64,000 nucleotides of DNA from Candidatus Izemoplasmatales bacterium (GTDB lineage: Bacteria > Bacillota_I > Bacilli_A > Izemoplasmatales > Hujiaoplasmataceae), in assembly GCA_050949045.1 (NCBI GenBank), contig JBMNEZ010000001.1, forward strand, positions 256,001 through 320,000. Reading direction: 5' to 3'. Made by a program: the position numbers and the translations under genes. The first letter of the stretch is position 1, and the number at the start of each line of letters is the position of its first letter. Positions 19,520-29,149 of the stretch are shown piece by piece. The notes beneath the pieces were generated by a model. It was not told the DNA's origin. It saw only the letters and a program-made list of their open reading frames with translations, and searched no databases.

Positions 19520-22366
19520 ATGGGAAAGAAGACTGTTAATTTAATCAATGGTACCCACTGGGACAGAGAATGGAGACACACTGCTGAACAAAGCAAACTT
19601 CGTCTAGTTGATTTGATGGATAGTGTCATAGACGTCCTTGAAACAAAGGAATCTTATCAATACTACTGTATTGATGGAGGAACAATTGTACTCGAAGACT
19701 ATTTGTCGATAAAGCCAGAAATGAAGACAAGAATCAAAAAACTAATTAAAGCAGGGAAATTGATAATTGTTAATTGGTACACATTACCTGAGACGAATAC
19801 GGTCGCACCTGAGTCATTAATTAGAAACTTACTCTGGGGACATCAAATGGCCAAAGAATTTGGGGGAGGCATGAATTCGGGATATACTGCAACTTCATAT
19901 GGCCAACCAAGCCAATTACCCCAATTATATCGAGGTTTCAAAATAAATAATGCTATTTTTTATCGCGGCACAAATAAGCATATTTTAACGCCCCTCTTTA
20001 GATGGAGAGCTCCTGACGGTTCAGAAATTCTAACCTTGAGGACATTTGATGAAGTGACCAGAACTAATTGGTTCTTCTATGTTCATGGACCGGCAGTCCT
20101 AGGTAAAGGTATAAAAGATTTGACTTACACTTATGATAAAAACCAAATTCCTGTTCATATGGCTGATCTAAAATCTTATGAGAAAGCCTTTACACTTCTT
20201 CATGAAGACTTTGATTTTATTCATAATCCGATAGTTCATAAAAAAGCACTTGATGATTTGCTTGCCCAAGCAGAACCTTATAAAATTGGAAATGAAATAT
20301 TGGCTTTAAATTTAGAAGATAACGATGAACCTTATCTATATTTACCTGAGTTAATTGAAGAAATGAATAAAGTGTATGATGATGTTGTTATCAAGCAAGT
20401 TACAATGGATGAATATATGGATAAGATCACTAAACTTGCAGAAAGTGGAGAATACATTTGTGCCACTCATAAAGGCGAATTACGTAATACAACCATGGAG
20501 TATAATAATTTCAATGCGCTACTCGGGGCTACCCATTCTTCCAGAATTAAAATAAAAATTTTAAATGATGATTGTGAAAATAATTTAATATATCTAGCTG
20601 AGCCTCTTGCATCGTTCGCTAAAACATTAGGCATTAACTACCCTACAACCAATATCGATAGAGCATGGGAATACTTGTTGAAATGTCATGCCCATGATTC
20701 TATTTGTGGGGCTGCTGTTGATAGAGCACATGAAGATATGATGTATAATTTTTCACTAGCGAAAACTGTTGCGGAAGAAGTAACTAATAGATCAGTGATA
20801 GCCCTTTACAAATATATAAATACTAAAGAAAATTTTAAAGAAGAAGATCATACTATTACAATTTTCAATACCCTTCCTTTTGAAAAAGATGAGGTAGTAG
20901 AATTAGTCATCGATACCCCTGAAGGCGTTACTGAAGTAACGGATAATGGTATTGGAGGTTGTTCAGATTTAGGGTTATTCTATGATATCGTGGATAATAA
21001 TGGTTGCGTAATACCTTCTGTTGAACTTTCAAAAGATAAAGCATCTATTGCTGTTGAAAGAAAAATGGATACAAAAGCAATAAAATTCAACGTTGAGCGT
21101 CGCCATATATTAGTCAAAGTAAAAATACCTTCCTTAGGCTATGCTACTTTTGCGTTGCGTCCTAGAGGTCCAATTTATGCTTATGATCCAGAAATTATAG
21201 ATAACAGAAAACTAATTGCAAGATCTAATGGAATATTAGAAAATGCATATTTAAAAATTGTCATTCATTCAAATGGCACGTTTGATATGATTGATAAATG
21301 CACTAAGCATGAAATGAAAAATCTTCATTATTTTTCTGATTCAGGCGAAGTTGGCTCTGCCCATGTAAGTTTACCGACAAAAACAAATTGTATTTATACA
21401 TCTCTCGGCGCGAATGCTCAAATAGATATGCTGGAATCTAATGAATTACGAGGGATTTATCGAATTAGATTATCTTTAATGTTGCCAGAAGATGCTTCCA
21501 TCGATGGACATGACCGATCTCGCGCATTAAAAGAATTAAAAATTGAGTCTACATTATCCCTAGAAAAAGATAGTCATATACTAAAAATTAATACAAAACT
21601 AGATAATCAGATTCGCGATCATAAATTATGTGTCAATTTTCCTACCTATGTTAAAGATGCAAATTTTGCCGATAGTGAATCAGCATGGGATATCGCAAGC
21701 AGAACAATTAAATGGCGCAATCATTTAGATAACTTTGAAGGGTTCTTTCCTTTCCAACCTATGCAAAACTTCGTTGATATTTCAGATGGCAATGTAGGCT
21801 TCGCCTTCTTTTCAAAAGGCTTAAGAGAATATGAAGTTGAAGATGATCAAACAAGGATTTTGAAAATAACTTTAATTCGCACTCAAAGAGCATATATGAC
21901 CGCAAATTCTCGTATGACGAAAGAAGAACTAGACAAATATACTGGTCAACATTCTTTTGGTAAAATTGAGTATGAATATGCAATATATCCACATAAAGGT
22001 AACTGGTTTGAAGGCAATGTCCTTCAAAAAGCCTATGCATTTAAAGTTCCACTGAAAGCCGTTCAAGGTGTTCCTTATGAAGGTGACCTACCAGACCATG
22101 CATCTTTTATCGCGTTTGAACAACAAAACAAGAGTATTATGATTTCCGCAATCAAACAATCAGTTGATGGAAATGGTATCATCTTTAGAATATGGAATGT
22201 AACTCAAGATTCTCAAAATGTTAGTTTAAAGACGATACTTCCACTAAAGAAAGCAACACATGTTGATTTGGATGAACAATTTTTGGAAAATCTTGTACTG
22301 AAGGATGGTCTAGTTCAATTCATTTTACAACCAAAGAAGATTTATTCAATCAAATTTGAATTGTAG
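19520..22366 (+). CDS. GH38 alpha-mannosidase-like protein (atypical active site)
   Basis: THWDREW, ESLIRNL, QLPQL, CHAHDSICG; nucleophile position reads GYTATSYG. Confidence 0.9.
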   Translation: MGKKTVNLINGTHWDREWRHTAEQSKLRLVDLMDSVIDVLETKESYQYYCIDGGTIVLEDYLSIKPEMKTRIKKLIKAGKLIIVNWYTLPETNTVAPESLIRNLLWGHQMAKEFGGGMNSGYTATSYGQPSQLPQLYRGFKINNAIFYRGTNKHILTPLFRWRAPDGSEILTLRTFDEVTRTNWFFYVHGPAVLGKGIKDLTYTYDKNQIPVHMADLKSYEKAFTLLHEDFDFIHNPIVHKKALDDLLAQAEPYKIGNEILALNLEDNDEPYLYLPELIEEMNKVYDDVVIKQVTMDEYMDKITKLAESGEYICATHKGELRNTTMEYNNFNALLGATHSSRIKIKILNDDCENNLIYLAEPLASFAKTLGINYPTTNIDRAWEYLLKCHAHDSICGAAVDRAHEDMMYNFSLAKTVAEEVTNRSVIALYKYINTKENFKEEDHTITIFNTLPFEKDEVVELVIDTPEGVTEVTDNGIGGCSDLGLFYDIVDNNGCVIPSVELSKDKASIAVERKMDTKAIKFNVERRHILVKVKIPSLGYATFALRPRGPIYAYDPEIIDNRKLIARSNGILENAYLKIVIHSNGTFDMIDKCTKHEMKNLHYFSDSGEVGSAHVSLPTKTNCIYTSLGANAQIDMLESNELRGIYRIRLSLMLPEDASIDGHDRSRALKELKIESTLSLEKDSHILKINTKLDNQIRDHKLCVNFPTYVKDANFADSESAWDIASRTIKWRNHLDNFEGFFPFQPMQNFVDISDGNVGFAFFSKGLREYEVEDDQTRILKITLIRTQRAYMTANSRMTKEELDKYTGQHSFGKIEYEYAIYPHKGNWFEGNVLQKAYAFKVPLKAVQGVPYEGDLPDHASFIAFEQQNKSIMISAIKQSVDGNGIIFRIWNVTQDSQNVSLKTILPLKKATHVDLDEQFLENLVLKDGLVQFILQPKKIYSIKFEL

Positions 22367-22377
22367 GCACTATTATC

Positions 22378-23373
22378 ATGAAGAGATTCAATGTTTTTAA
22401 CTTGGGAATTCTAAAAGAAGAAGATGGGTTTAAAGAACTTGAGTCATGTAGTGATGGATTTCATAAAAAGAATCATGATGGTGTAAAATTCATAATCACT
22501 ACAGGGGATAAAAAGGTTGAATTTATCTGTTATGAAAACTATACAATAGCTTATGTCAAGTCATCTATTGGTTATCCGGCATACTATCCTGTTCATAATA
22601 CAAAATTGAAAAGACCTGTAAAAGCGGTTTTAATGGATCTGGATGGAACTTCTGTAAAATCGGAATCTTTTTGGATTTGGATTATTCAACTTACAGTTTG
22701 TTCTTTATTAGGTCGTGATGATTTCACCTTCGAAGAAGCAGATCAACCATATGTATCTGGCCATTCTGTATCTGAACATTTACAATATTGTATTAATAAG
22801 TATTGCCCTGATAAATCTTTAGAAGAAGCAAGAAAATACTATTTTATGCATACAAAATATGAAATGAATGAAATTATGGAAGGAAGAGGAAAAGCGGACG
22901 CTTTTACTCCTTCAAACAGAGTCAAAGAATTTCTTCTTGCGTTAAAAAAAAGAAGCATTAAAATCGGGTTAGTTACTTCGGGCTTATATGAAAAAGCTTG
23001 GCCTGAAATTGTATCTGCTTTCAAAACGTTGGATATGGGCGATCCCAAAGAGTTTTATGATGCATCTATTTCTGCTGGCTTTCCCCTTGGAAAAGGCAAG
23101 GTAGGAACACTTGGCGAACTAAGCCCTAAACCTCACCCATGGTTATATGCGGAAACTTGTACTATTGGACTTAACATTCCTTTTAGACAAAGACATCATG
23201 TAGTTGGTATTGAAGACTCTGGAGCAGGCGTTTGCTCTATAAAACTCGCTGGTTATACAACTATAGGAATTACTGGCGGCAATATAGAAGCCAGTGGCAC
23301 CAAAGGTTTATGTGATTTTTATGCCAATGATTTTGATGAAATTTTGAAATTTATCACAAATGAAGAGGATTAA
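22378..23373 (+). CDS. HAD-family phosphatase with N-terminal extension
   Basis: MDLDGT, VTSG, KPHP, IEDS motifs. Confidence 0.9.
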   Translation: MKRFNVFNLGILKEEDGFKELESCSDGFHKKNHDGVKFIITTGDKKVEFICYENYTIAYVKSSIGYPAYYPVHNTKLKRPVKAVLMDLDGTSVKSESFWIWIIQLTVCSLLGRDDFTFEEADQPYVSGHSVSEHLQYCINKYCPDKSLEEARKYYFMHTKYEMNEIMEGRGKADAFTPSNRVKEFLLALKKRSIKIGLVTSGLYEKAWPEIVSAFKTLDMGDPKEFYDASISAGFPLGKGKVGTLGELSPKPHPWLYAETCTIGLNIPFRQRHHVVGIEDSGAGVCSIKLAGYTTIGITGGNIEASGTKGLCDFYANDFDEILKFITNEED

Positions 23374-23379
23374 TAGTTT

Positions 23380-24621
23380 ATGAAAAAAAGATTTCTTCTA
23401 GTTTTTGTAGTTTTTCTTTCCATTATTCCATTTATTATTGGATGTAATGAGACAACTGATAATAATACGATTACTGTTTGGTGGCCTTCTGGGAAAAACT
23501 TACAGAATATTATGGAAAATAGTATAGTAAAATATAAAGAATCAAATCCAAATATTGAGATTAAAATTATAAAAAAAGCTGGTTTAGATGTTTATGATGC
23601 TTATAAGATAGCCTTAAATGATAATAACAGCCGTCCTGATATTGCAATATTGGATCATGTATATGTACAAGCATTGGCAAAAGAAAATCAACTTGCCAAT
23701 TTATCAGATTTGGGAAGCGACAATGATGTTAGGGGCTTGGTACCTGAAACTGTTTATGCCGCAAACATATATAATGGTGCAAATTATGGGTTGCCAATTT
23801 CCGCTAATACAGTTGTGCTTATGTACAACAAAGATATCTTAGAAAAAAGCGGGGTAACTTATGTTCCAAAAACCTATGATGAATTAATAGATGCCTGTGA
23901 ACAAGTTCAAAACGCTGGCTACACAGCATTTGCTCAACCAATTAACCAGACATTTGTAGCGATGGAATTTGCAAGTTATGTAGGGCGTCTTGGGGGTAAG
24001 ATGGTTAGTGACGATTATCGGACAGTGCTTTTAGAATCTCAAGAAGTTAAAGAAGCAATCAATAAATGGGTTGGTCTTTCAAAATTTGCATCTCAGGCAG
24101 AATATGAAGAAGGGAAATTCTATAGTGGCAAAATTGCTTTCATAGAAATGGGTTCATGGAATGTTTCTAAAGTAAGCGGGGCGTCTTCATTATTTAATTG
24201 TGGATTTACTGAAATGGTAAAATTAGATGATAACCATGATAATTATTCAGGTTTAGGACTTTACTCCTTTGTAGTTGCTGAGAAATCATCTAAAAAAGAA
24301 GAAGCGTATAATTTTGCTAAATATTTAACTACAAATAAAGAATTTCAATTAGCATTTGCTAAAGAAAAAAATTTACTACCAGTAACTATAGAAGCTTTGA
24401 ACGATCCTTATTATACTGAAAATGAAGTCTTAAGTGTTTTTGCCAAACAATTGTTAAAAGTAACTTCAAGACCGGGAACGGCGATTTGGCCTACTATGGA
24501 AAAAGCAATTGTAGATATGCTGTATCTATGTGTTAAAGCAACATCGAGCGATGATATTGACAGGGCTATTCGAAATGCTCAAGAGCAATGTCAAGAAAGT
24601 ACCGATAGGGAGTATAAATAA
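23380..24621 (+). CDS. Carbohydrate ABC transporter substrate-binding lipoprotein
   Basis: Lipobox IIGC; RPDI, YGLP, MYNKDILEKSG. Confidence 0.9.
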   Translation: MKKRFLLVFVVFLSIIPFIIGCNETTDNNTITVWWPSGKNLQNIMENSIVKYKESNPNIEIKIIKKAGLDVYDAYKIALNDNNSRPDIAILDHVYVQALAKENQLANLSDLGSDNDVRGLVPETVYAANIYNGANYGLPISANTVVLMYNKDILEKSGVTYVPKTYDELIDACEQVQNAGYTAFAQPINQTFVAMEFASYVGRLGGKMVSDDYRTVLLESQEVKEAINKWVGLSKFASQAEYEEGKFYSGKIAFIEMGSWNVSKVSGASSLFNCGFTEMVKLDDNHDNYSGLGLYSFVVAEKSSKKEEAYNFAKYLTTNKEFQLAFAKEKNLLPVTIEALNDPYYTENEVLSVFAKQLLKVTSRPGTAIWPTMEKAIVDMLYLCVKATSSDDIDRAIRNAQEQCQESTDREYK

Positions 24622-25514
24622 TGGAGGGAATCAAGCAAAAAAAGAAATTTTTTCGTCATGACGAAAAAGTTGCTTATACAATGCTTGCTATTCCTCTGTT
24701 GTGGTGGTGTATCTTTTTCTTATATGCTTTTTTAAGAGCCGTTTATTTTTCTTTTACAGATTTGTCGGTTGACATATCACAAATTTCTCAATTTAATCTA
24801 AACAATTACATACGCCTAGTAAAAGATGCAACCTTTTGGAAAGCCATGGGCAACACCTTGCTTTGGACAGCCGTCATGACGATTTTCAATAATATATTCG
24901 GCTTATTTGTTGCTTTTCTGATTACTAGGCTCAAAAAAGGTCAAAAAATATTTTTAACTCTATTATTTTGGCCAACACTTGCTAGCGCAGTGACAAGCGC
25001 AGATATTACTAAACTAATCTTTTCGCCTAGCGATAGTGGAATTATGAATTCAATAATCCAATTCTTTGGAGGTAATAGTTTAGCTTGGTATAATGATGAA
25101 AAATTGTCTTTATTTTCATTAATGCTGATACCTGCTTTATTTGGTTTTTCTACTCAAATGGTTATCTACTATGTAGCCATAAAAGGAGTTGATAAAGGCA
25201 TGGTGGAAGCGGCACAGATTGATGGTGCAACTCCGGTTCAAATATTATTGAAAATATATATTCCTTCCATAATGCCTGCCATTACCTATAATTTAATCAT
25301 ATCTATTATCGGTGGTATAAAAGTAATTGCCCCAATGCAACTGGTATCTAATGGAGGTCCACTTGATTCATCGATGTCAATAATGCTGTATATGTATCAA
25401 AACACAACAGTTGACATGGGTTACGCATGTAGTATTGGTATCATAACATTACTGATTATTATGGGAATAACAATGATTCAACTAAAACTCACAAAAAAAG
25501 AAGGAAGAATATAA
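24621..25514 (+). CDS. Carbohydrate ABC transporter permease
   Basis: EAAQIDGA loop, multiple TM segments. Confidence 0.92.
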   Translation: MEGIKQKKKFFRHDEKVAYTMLAIPLLWWCIFFLYAFLRAVYFSFTDLSVDISQISQFNLNNYIRLVKDATFWKAMGNTLLWTAVMTIFNNIFGLFVAFLITRLKKGQKIFLTLLFWPTLASAVTSADITKLIFSPSDSGIMNSIIQFFGGNSLAWYNDEKLSLFSLMLIPALFGFSTQMVIYYVAIKGVDKGMVEAAQIDGATPVQILLKIYIPSIMPAITYNLIISIIGGIKVIAPMQLVSNGGPLDSSMSIMLYMYQNTTVDMGYACSIGIITLLIIMGITMIQLKLTKKEGRI

Positions 25515-26375
25515 ATGGATAGCGCTATTCTTAAGAAGAAAAAAAAGAAAGAAAAGATAGCTATTATTTTGATAGTTATATTCTTGAGTGTTTTAGCGTT
25601 AATGCAACTTTTTCCATTTTATTTAAAAATTGTTACTTCTCTTCAACCGACAAAAGGATTTAATCCAATTGATGGGAAAATATATTTATGGCCTGAAAGT
25701 TTGAATTTCCAAAATTACATTCAAGCCATAAAAGAAGGTGAACTACTAGAAGGAACACTTAATACCATTATCGTATCCGTATCATTTATCATATTAAGCT
25801 CTATAATCATCCTTCTTGTAAGTTATGCAACTGCCAAGAAGAAGTTTAGAGGGAAAAAACTAATCAATTTTGTTCTATTGTTAACGATGATGGTCCCAGG
25901 CGAAATGTTAATGGTCACTAATTATCAATTGATCTCACAATTAAATTGGACTTCGACGTTTCGTGGTTTAATCTTACCGGGCATTGTTAATGTTACAGGA
26001 ATATTTCTTGTAAAAGCATTTATGAACACTATACCAGATGCTTGCATAGAACATGCAAAAATTGATGGTGCCAACGAGTGGCAAATACTTATCCGTATCA
26101 TCTTTCCAATGTCACTGCCTGTTATGTCAACATATGCTATTTTAACTTTTGTAGCTCAATGGAATGATTATCTCTGGCCAATGTTAATAACTGGGAATGA
26201 TGACCTATTTACAATTCAACTAAAACTATTGAATTTTGCCTCTAACGGCGGATTTGAAGAAACAGTGTTAAGGTCTGCATCTTTAATATTGACAATGTTA
26301 CCGGTTATTATTATTTATAGTATTTTTCAAAGGAAATTTGTCAATGGACTAAACTTTTCTGGCATAAAAGAGTAA
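25515..26375 (+). CDS. Carbohydrate ABC transporter permease
   Basis: EHAKIDGA, WNDYLWP. Confidence 0.92.
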   Translation: MDSAILKKKKKKEKIAIILIVIFLSVLALMQLFPFYLKIVTSLQPTKGFNPIDGKIYLWPESLNFQNYIQAIKEGELLEGTLNTIIVSVSFIILSSIIILLVSYATAKKKFRGKKLINFVLLLTMMVPGEMLMVTNYQLISQLNWTSTFRGLILPGIVNVTGIFLVKAFMNTIPDACIEHAKIDGANEWQILIRIIFPMSLPVMSTYAILTFVAQWNDYLWPMLITGNDDLFTIQLKLLNFASNGGFEETVLRSASLILTMLPVIIIYSIFQRKFVNGLNFSGIKE

Positions 26376-26391
26376 TTGACAGGAGAATCAT

Positions 26392-29031
26392 ATGGAAAAG
26401 AAAACAGTATTATTGATAATTTTTATATTAATATTTTGCGTGTTTTTTTCTTCATGTAGACAATGGAATAGAGAAGATCGGGTTTTAGAACCTAAGACTG
26501 GTATTTTTTATCGGGTTGATGGACATGAAGATATAATTTACACCATAGAACGAAAAAATCTAAGTGATAGTCAGTATATTATGGTTTCTTCTTTACAAGG
26601 AATCGTAGCTCAAACTGTTTCGAGTATCTTTATTATTAATGATCTGGAAGACGAATTATGGCTTAATGAATGTAAAGAGACTTATAATATTGAAACTATA
26701 GAAACAAAGTCTCCATGGGAATTAGTGACGCTATTTAGGAGTTGTATTGGTGAAAACTCCTATGTGCTATATAATTTGATCGGTGAGGAAGGTGTATCTT
26801 ATTCTGATCAAACTATCAATTACGCGACAACAATTTCTGGCGCAACCCAAGCTTTAATGGTTTCCAAAGAATTAGAACAAGATGCCATTGAGCATGGGCT
26901 CATATTGTCAATTGATACAACTGATGGTACTTGGAATACACAAAGAGTATTTAATAATTATAAAAATAAGTTGAATAATACCTATCTTATCCATCAAGAT
27001 CCTGAAAGATTAGATTTAAGAGATTATTCTATTGCTGGTAAAGCAATGTGCTTCTATTCTGATTATTATGATGGTTCGGAGAATATTAAAGAAGAGATCT
27101 ATAATTGGTCTACAACCAATGCTCCAGTCTTTGGCTGGACAAAAAATGAAGTAAATTTCGTTTCCGCGAATTCACTTCTTTCTAAAATTACCATCGCGGC
27201 CGACTGGAGCACCAACTTGTCATTTTATTCATCGTTAGAGCGAGAGAATTCAATCAAACAAATAAATCATCAAAAAGACGAAATACAAGCGGAAAACGGG
27301 AAGCACTATGTTGCTATTGTGATGTCTGATGGTGATAATGTTCAATGGATGATAAATTCATTTGCCACTTCTAAATTATTCTATGGTTCCCAATATCGGG
27401 GCGAATTTAAACTAACTTGGACTACAAGCCCAGCTCTTTACGATGTGGCGCCAAATATCTTAAAATACTTATATCAAAATGAAAATTCTAATGATTACTT
27501 TATTGCTGGCCCATCAGGTGCCGGTTATTGCAACCCTTCTGAGTATAATCCAGCCTCCATTGCGGAATATGCCGCTTATACGGCAGGTTATATGGAAAAA
27601 ATGGATACGTCGGTATTAAACATTATTGATAATTATGTTGGCAATGAACAATATGATTTTTTCGCAAAATATGATTCAATCAAAGGCGGAATTGTTTCTG
27701 TAGGAAATTATTATTTGGAAGGCAATGGAGGTGTTTACTTTACTAACGATAAACCATTTATTACGGTAAGAGAAACTTTATGGCGTTCTGAAGCGGATGA
27801 AAACCATAATAGGTATTATGGCTTCATTGAGAGAGTAGCTCAAAGAATCAATAGTTATTCAACTGATCCTTCTAGTATTGAAGGCTATACTGTTGTGTTG
27901 GCTCATGCTTGGAGTGTTGGCACAATGGAATATTTAAGTCGCTTTGTTGAATTATTAGATGACCATATCGTATTAGTTACAGCCGATGAGTTAATTGATT
28001 TAGTAACATTAAACGTAAAACATGAAAATATCGAAGAACTAGATGACTATCTTCCAATTGATTTTGAAAATAATTTAGCACCAATAAGTACTGAACAATA
28101 CCGAATAATTGATTTTAATAATACACCTGTGAATGTTTCTAGAAAATTTATGTTTGAAGAAGATAATCCTTCAGGTTGGTTTTTTAATTGCGGAGGTCTT
28201 CAATATGACTTTTCTGGCTTTAAGCTCGGAAAAGTAACACTTGATGGGTCTGATTTAGATGATAGAATCGATGCTTTTCCGAATAGTTGGATGTATACAA
28301 AGTTTGATTTGAATAGCAATGATTTGATATTACAATTAAAAGTAAATTCTGGGGATAACGCTGATACCAATTTCAGGGTAAGATTTATTACTTTTGAAAA
28401 TAACAAATTAGTGTATCACACATTACATGCAGAAGAATATGATAAAGACCTTGATGCTTATGGTTACTATCTACTAAATGAATCTTCTCCTTCCGTATTT
28501 ACCTATGAAATTAGTGATTTTGTAAACCAGACAGTTTTGTTAAGCATTGAACAAGATGATAGTGGTGAAGGCAGTGGCGAAATCGTCAATGTCAATAAGA
28601 TATTTATTACAGATTTCATTGAAACTGTTTCTACAAAAACTTTTTGGTCATCAGATGAAATTATGGATGAATGGCTAGGAAGAGGAAAAGTTGTAAAACA
28701 CCCTGAAGGCTTATGTTTAGAAAGAAACACAAGTGATGCTTCAATTTCATGTACTGTCAAACTTGATAATGAGGTAAATTATTTAAAATTATATATTCGT
28801 AAATTTATTAGACCAACTGGACCACAAGATTTAGATGCGAAAATAGTTCTGAAAATTAACGATGAAATAGTAAGATCAGACGATTCAAACAACGATTATG
28901 TGTTAGTTACAGAAGATAATTTTGTTTTATATCAATATAATATTTCAAGTTTTCGAGATCAAACTATAACAATTGAAATAATAAATATTGAAGGAGAACA
29001 CGCTTGCTTTAATACAATTGTTATTGAATGA
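26392..29031 (+). CDS. GxGYxYP-family lipoprotein with two extra C-terminal modules
   Basis: Lipobox FSSC; SLQGIVA, LRDY, SDGDNVQW, SGAGYCNP, AHAWS. Confidence 0.85.
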   Translation: MEKKTVLLIIFILIFCVFFSSCRQWNREDRVLEPKTGIFYRVDGHEDIIYTIERKNLSDSQYIMVSSLQGIVAQTVSSIFIINDLEDELWLNECKETYNIETIETKSPWELVTLFRSCIGENSYVLYNLIGEEGVSYSDQTINYATTISGATQALMVSKELEQDAIEHGLILSIDTTDGTWNTQRVFNNYKNKLNNTYLIHQDPERLDLRDYSIAGKAMCFYSDYYDGSENIKEEIYNWSTTNAPVFGWTKNEVNFVSANSLLSKITIAADWSTNLSFYSSLERENSIKQINHQKDEIQAENGKHYVAIVMSDGDNVQWMINSFATSKLFYGSQYRGEFKLTWTTSPALYDVAPNILKYLYQNENSNDYFIAGPSGAGYCNPSEYNPASIAEYAAYTAGYMEKMDTSVLNIIDNYVGNEQYDFFAKYDSIKGGIVSVGNYYLEGNGGVYFTNDKPFITVRETLWRSEADENHNRYYGFIERVAQRINSYSTDPSSIEGYTVVLAHAWSVGTMEYLSRFVELLDDHIVLVTADELIDLVTLNVKHENIEELDDYLPIDFENNLAPISTEQYRIIDFNNTPVNVSRKFMFEEDNPSGWFFNCGGLQYDFSGFKLGKVTLDGSDLDDRIDAFPNSWMYTKFDLNSNDLILQLKVNSGDNADTNFRVRFITFENNKLVYHTLHAEEYDKDLDAYGYYLLNESSPSVFTYEISDFVNQTVLLSIEQDDSGEGSGEIVNVNKIFITDFIETVSTKTFWSSDEIMDEWLGRGKVVKHPEGLCLERNTSDASISCTVKLDNEVNYLKLYIRKFIRPTGPQDLDAKIVLKINDEIVRSDDSNNDYVLVTEDNFVLYQYNISSFRDQTITIEIINIEGEHACFNTIVIE

Positions 29032-29093
29032 TGAAACGCCACAAATATAACAACAAATTTACTTTAAAGTAATCATTAATTATTTTGCCCTTA

Positions 29094-29111
29094 CAGAAAA
29101 CCGTTTTTCTG
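29094..29111. promoter_or_regulatory. Third LacI-type operator, internal to the operon
   Basis: CAGAAAACCGTTTTTCTG, same core as the sites at 19349 and 19438. Confidence 0.7.
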
Positions 29112-29149
29112 GCAATATAAATTATTATTTATTTAAAATAGGAGGATAT

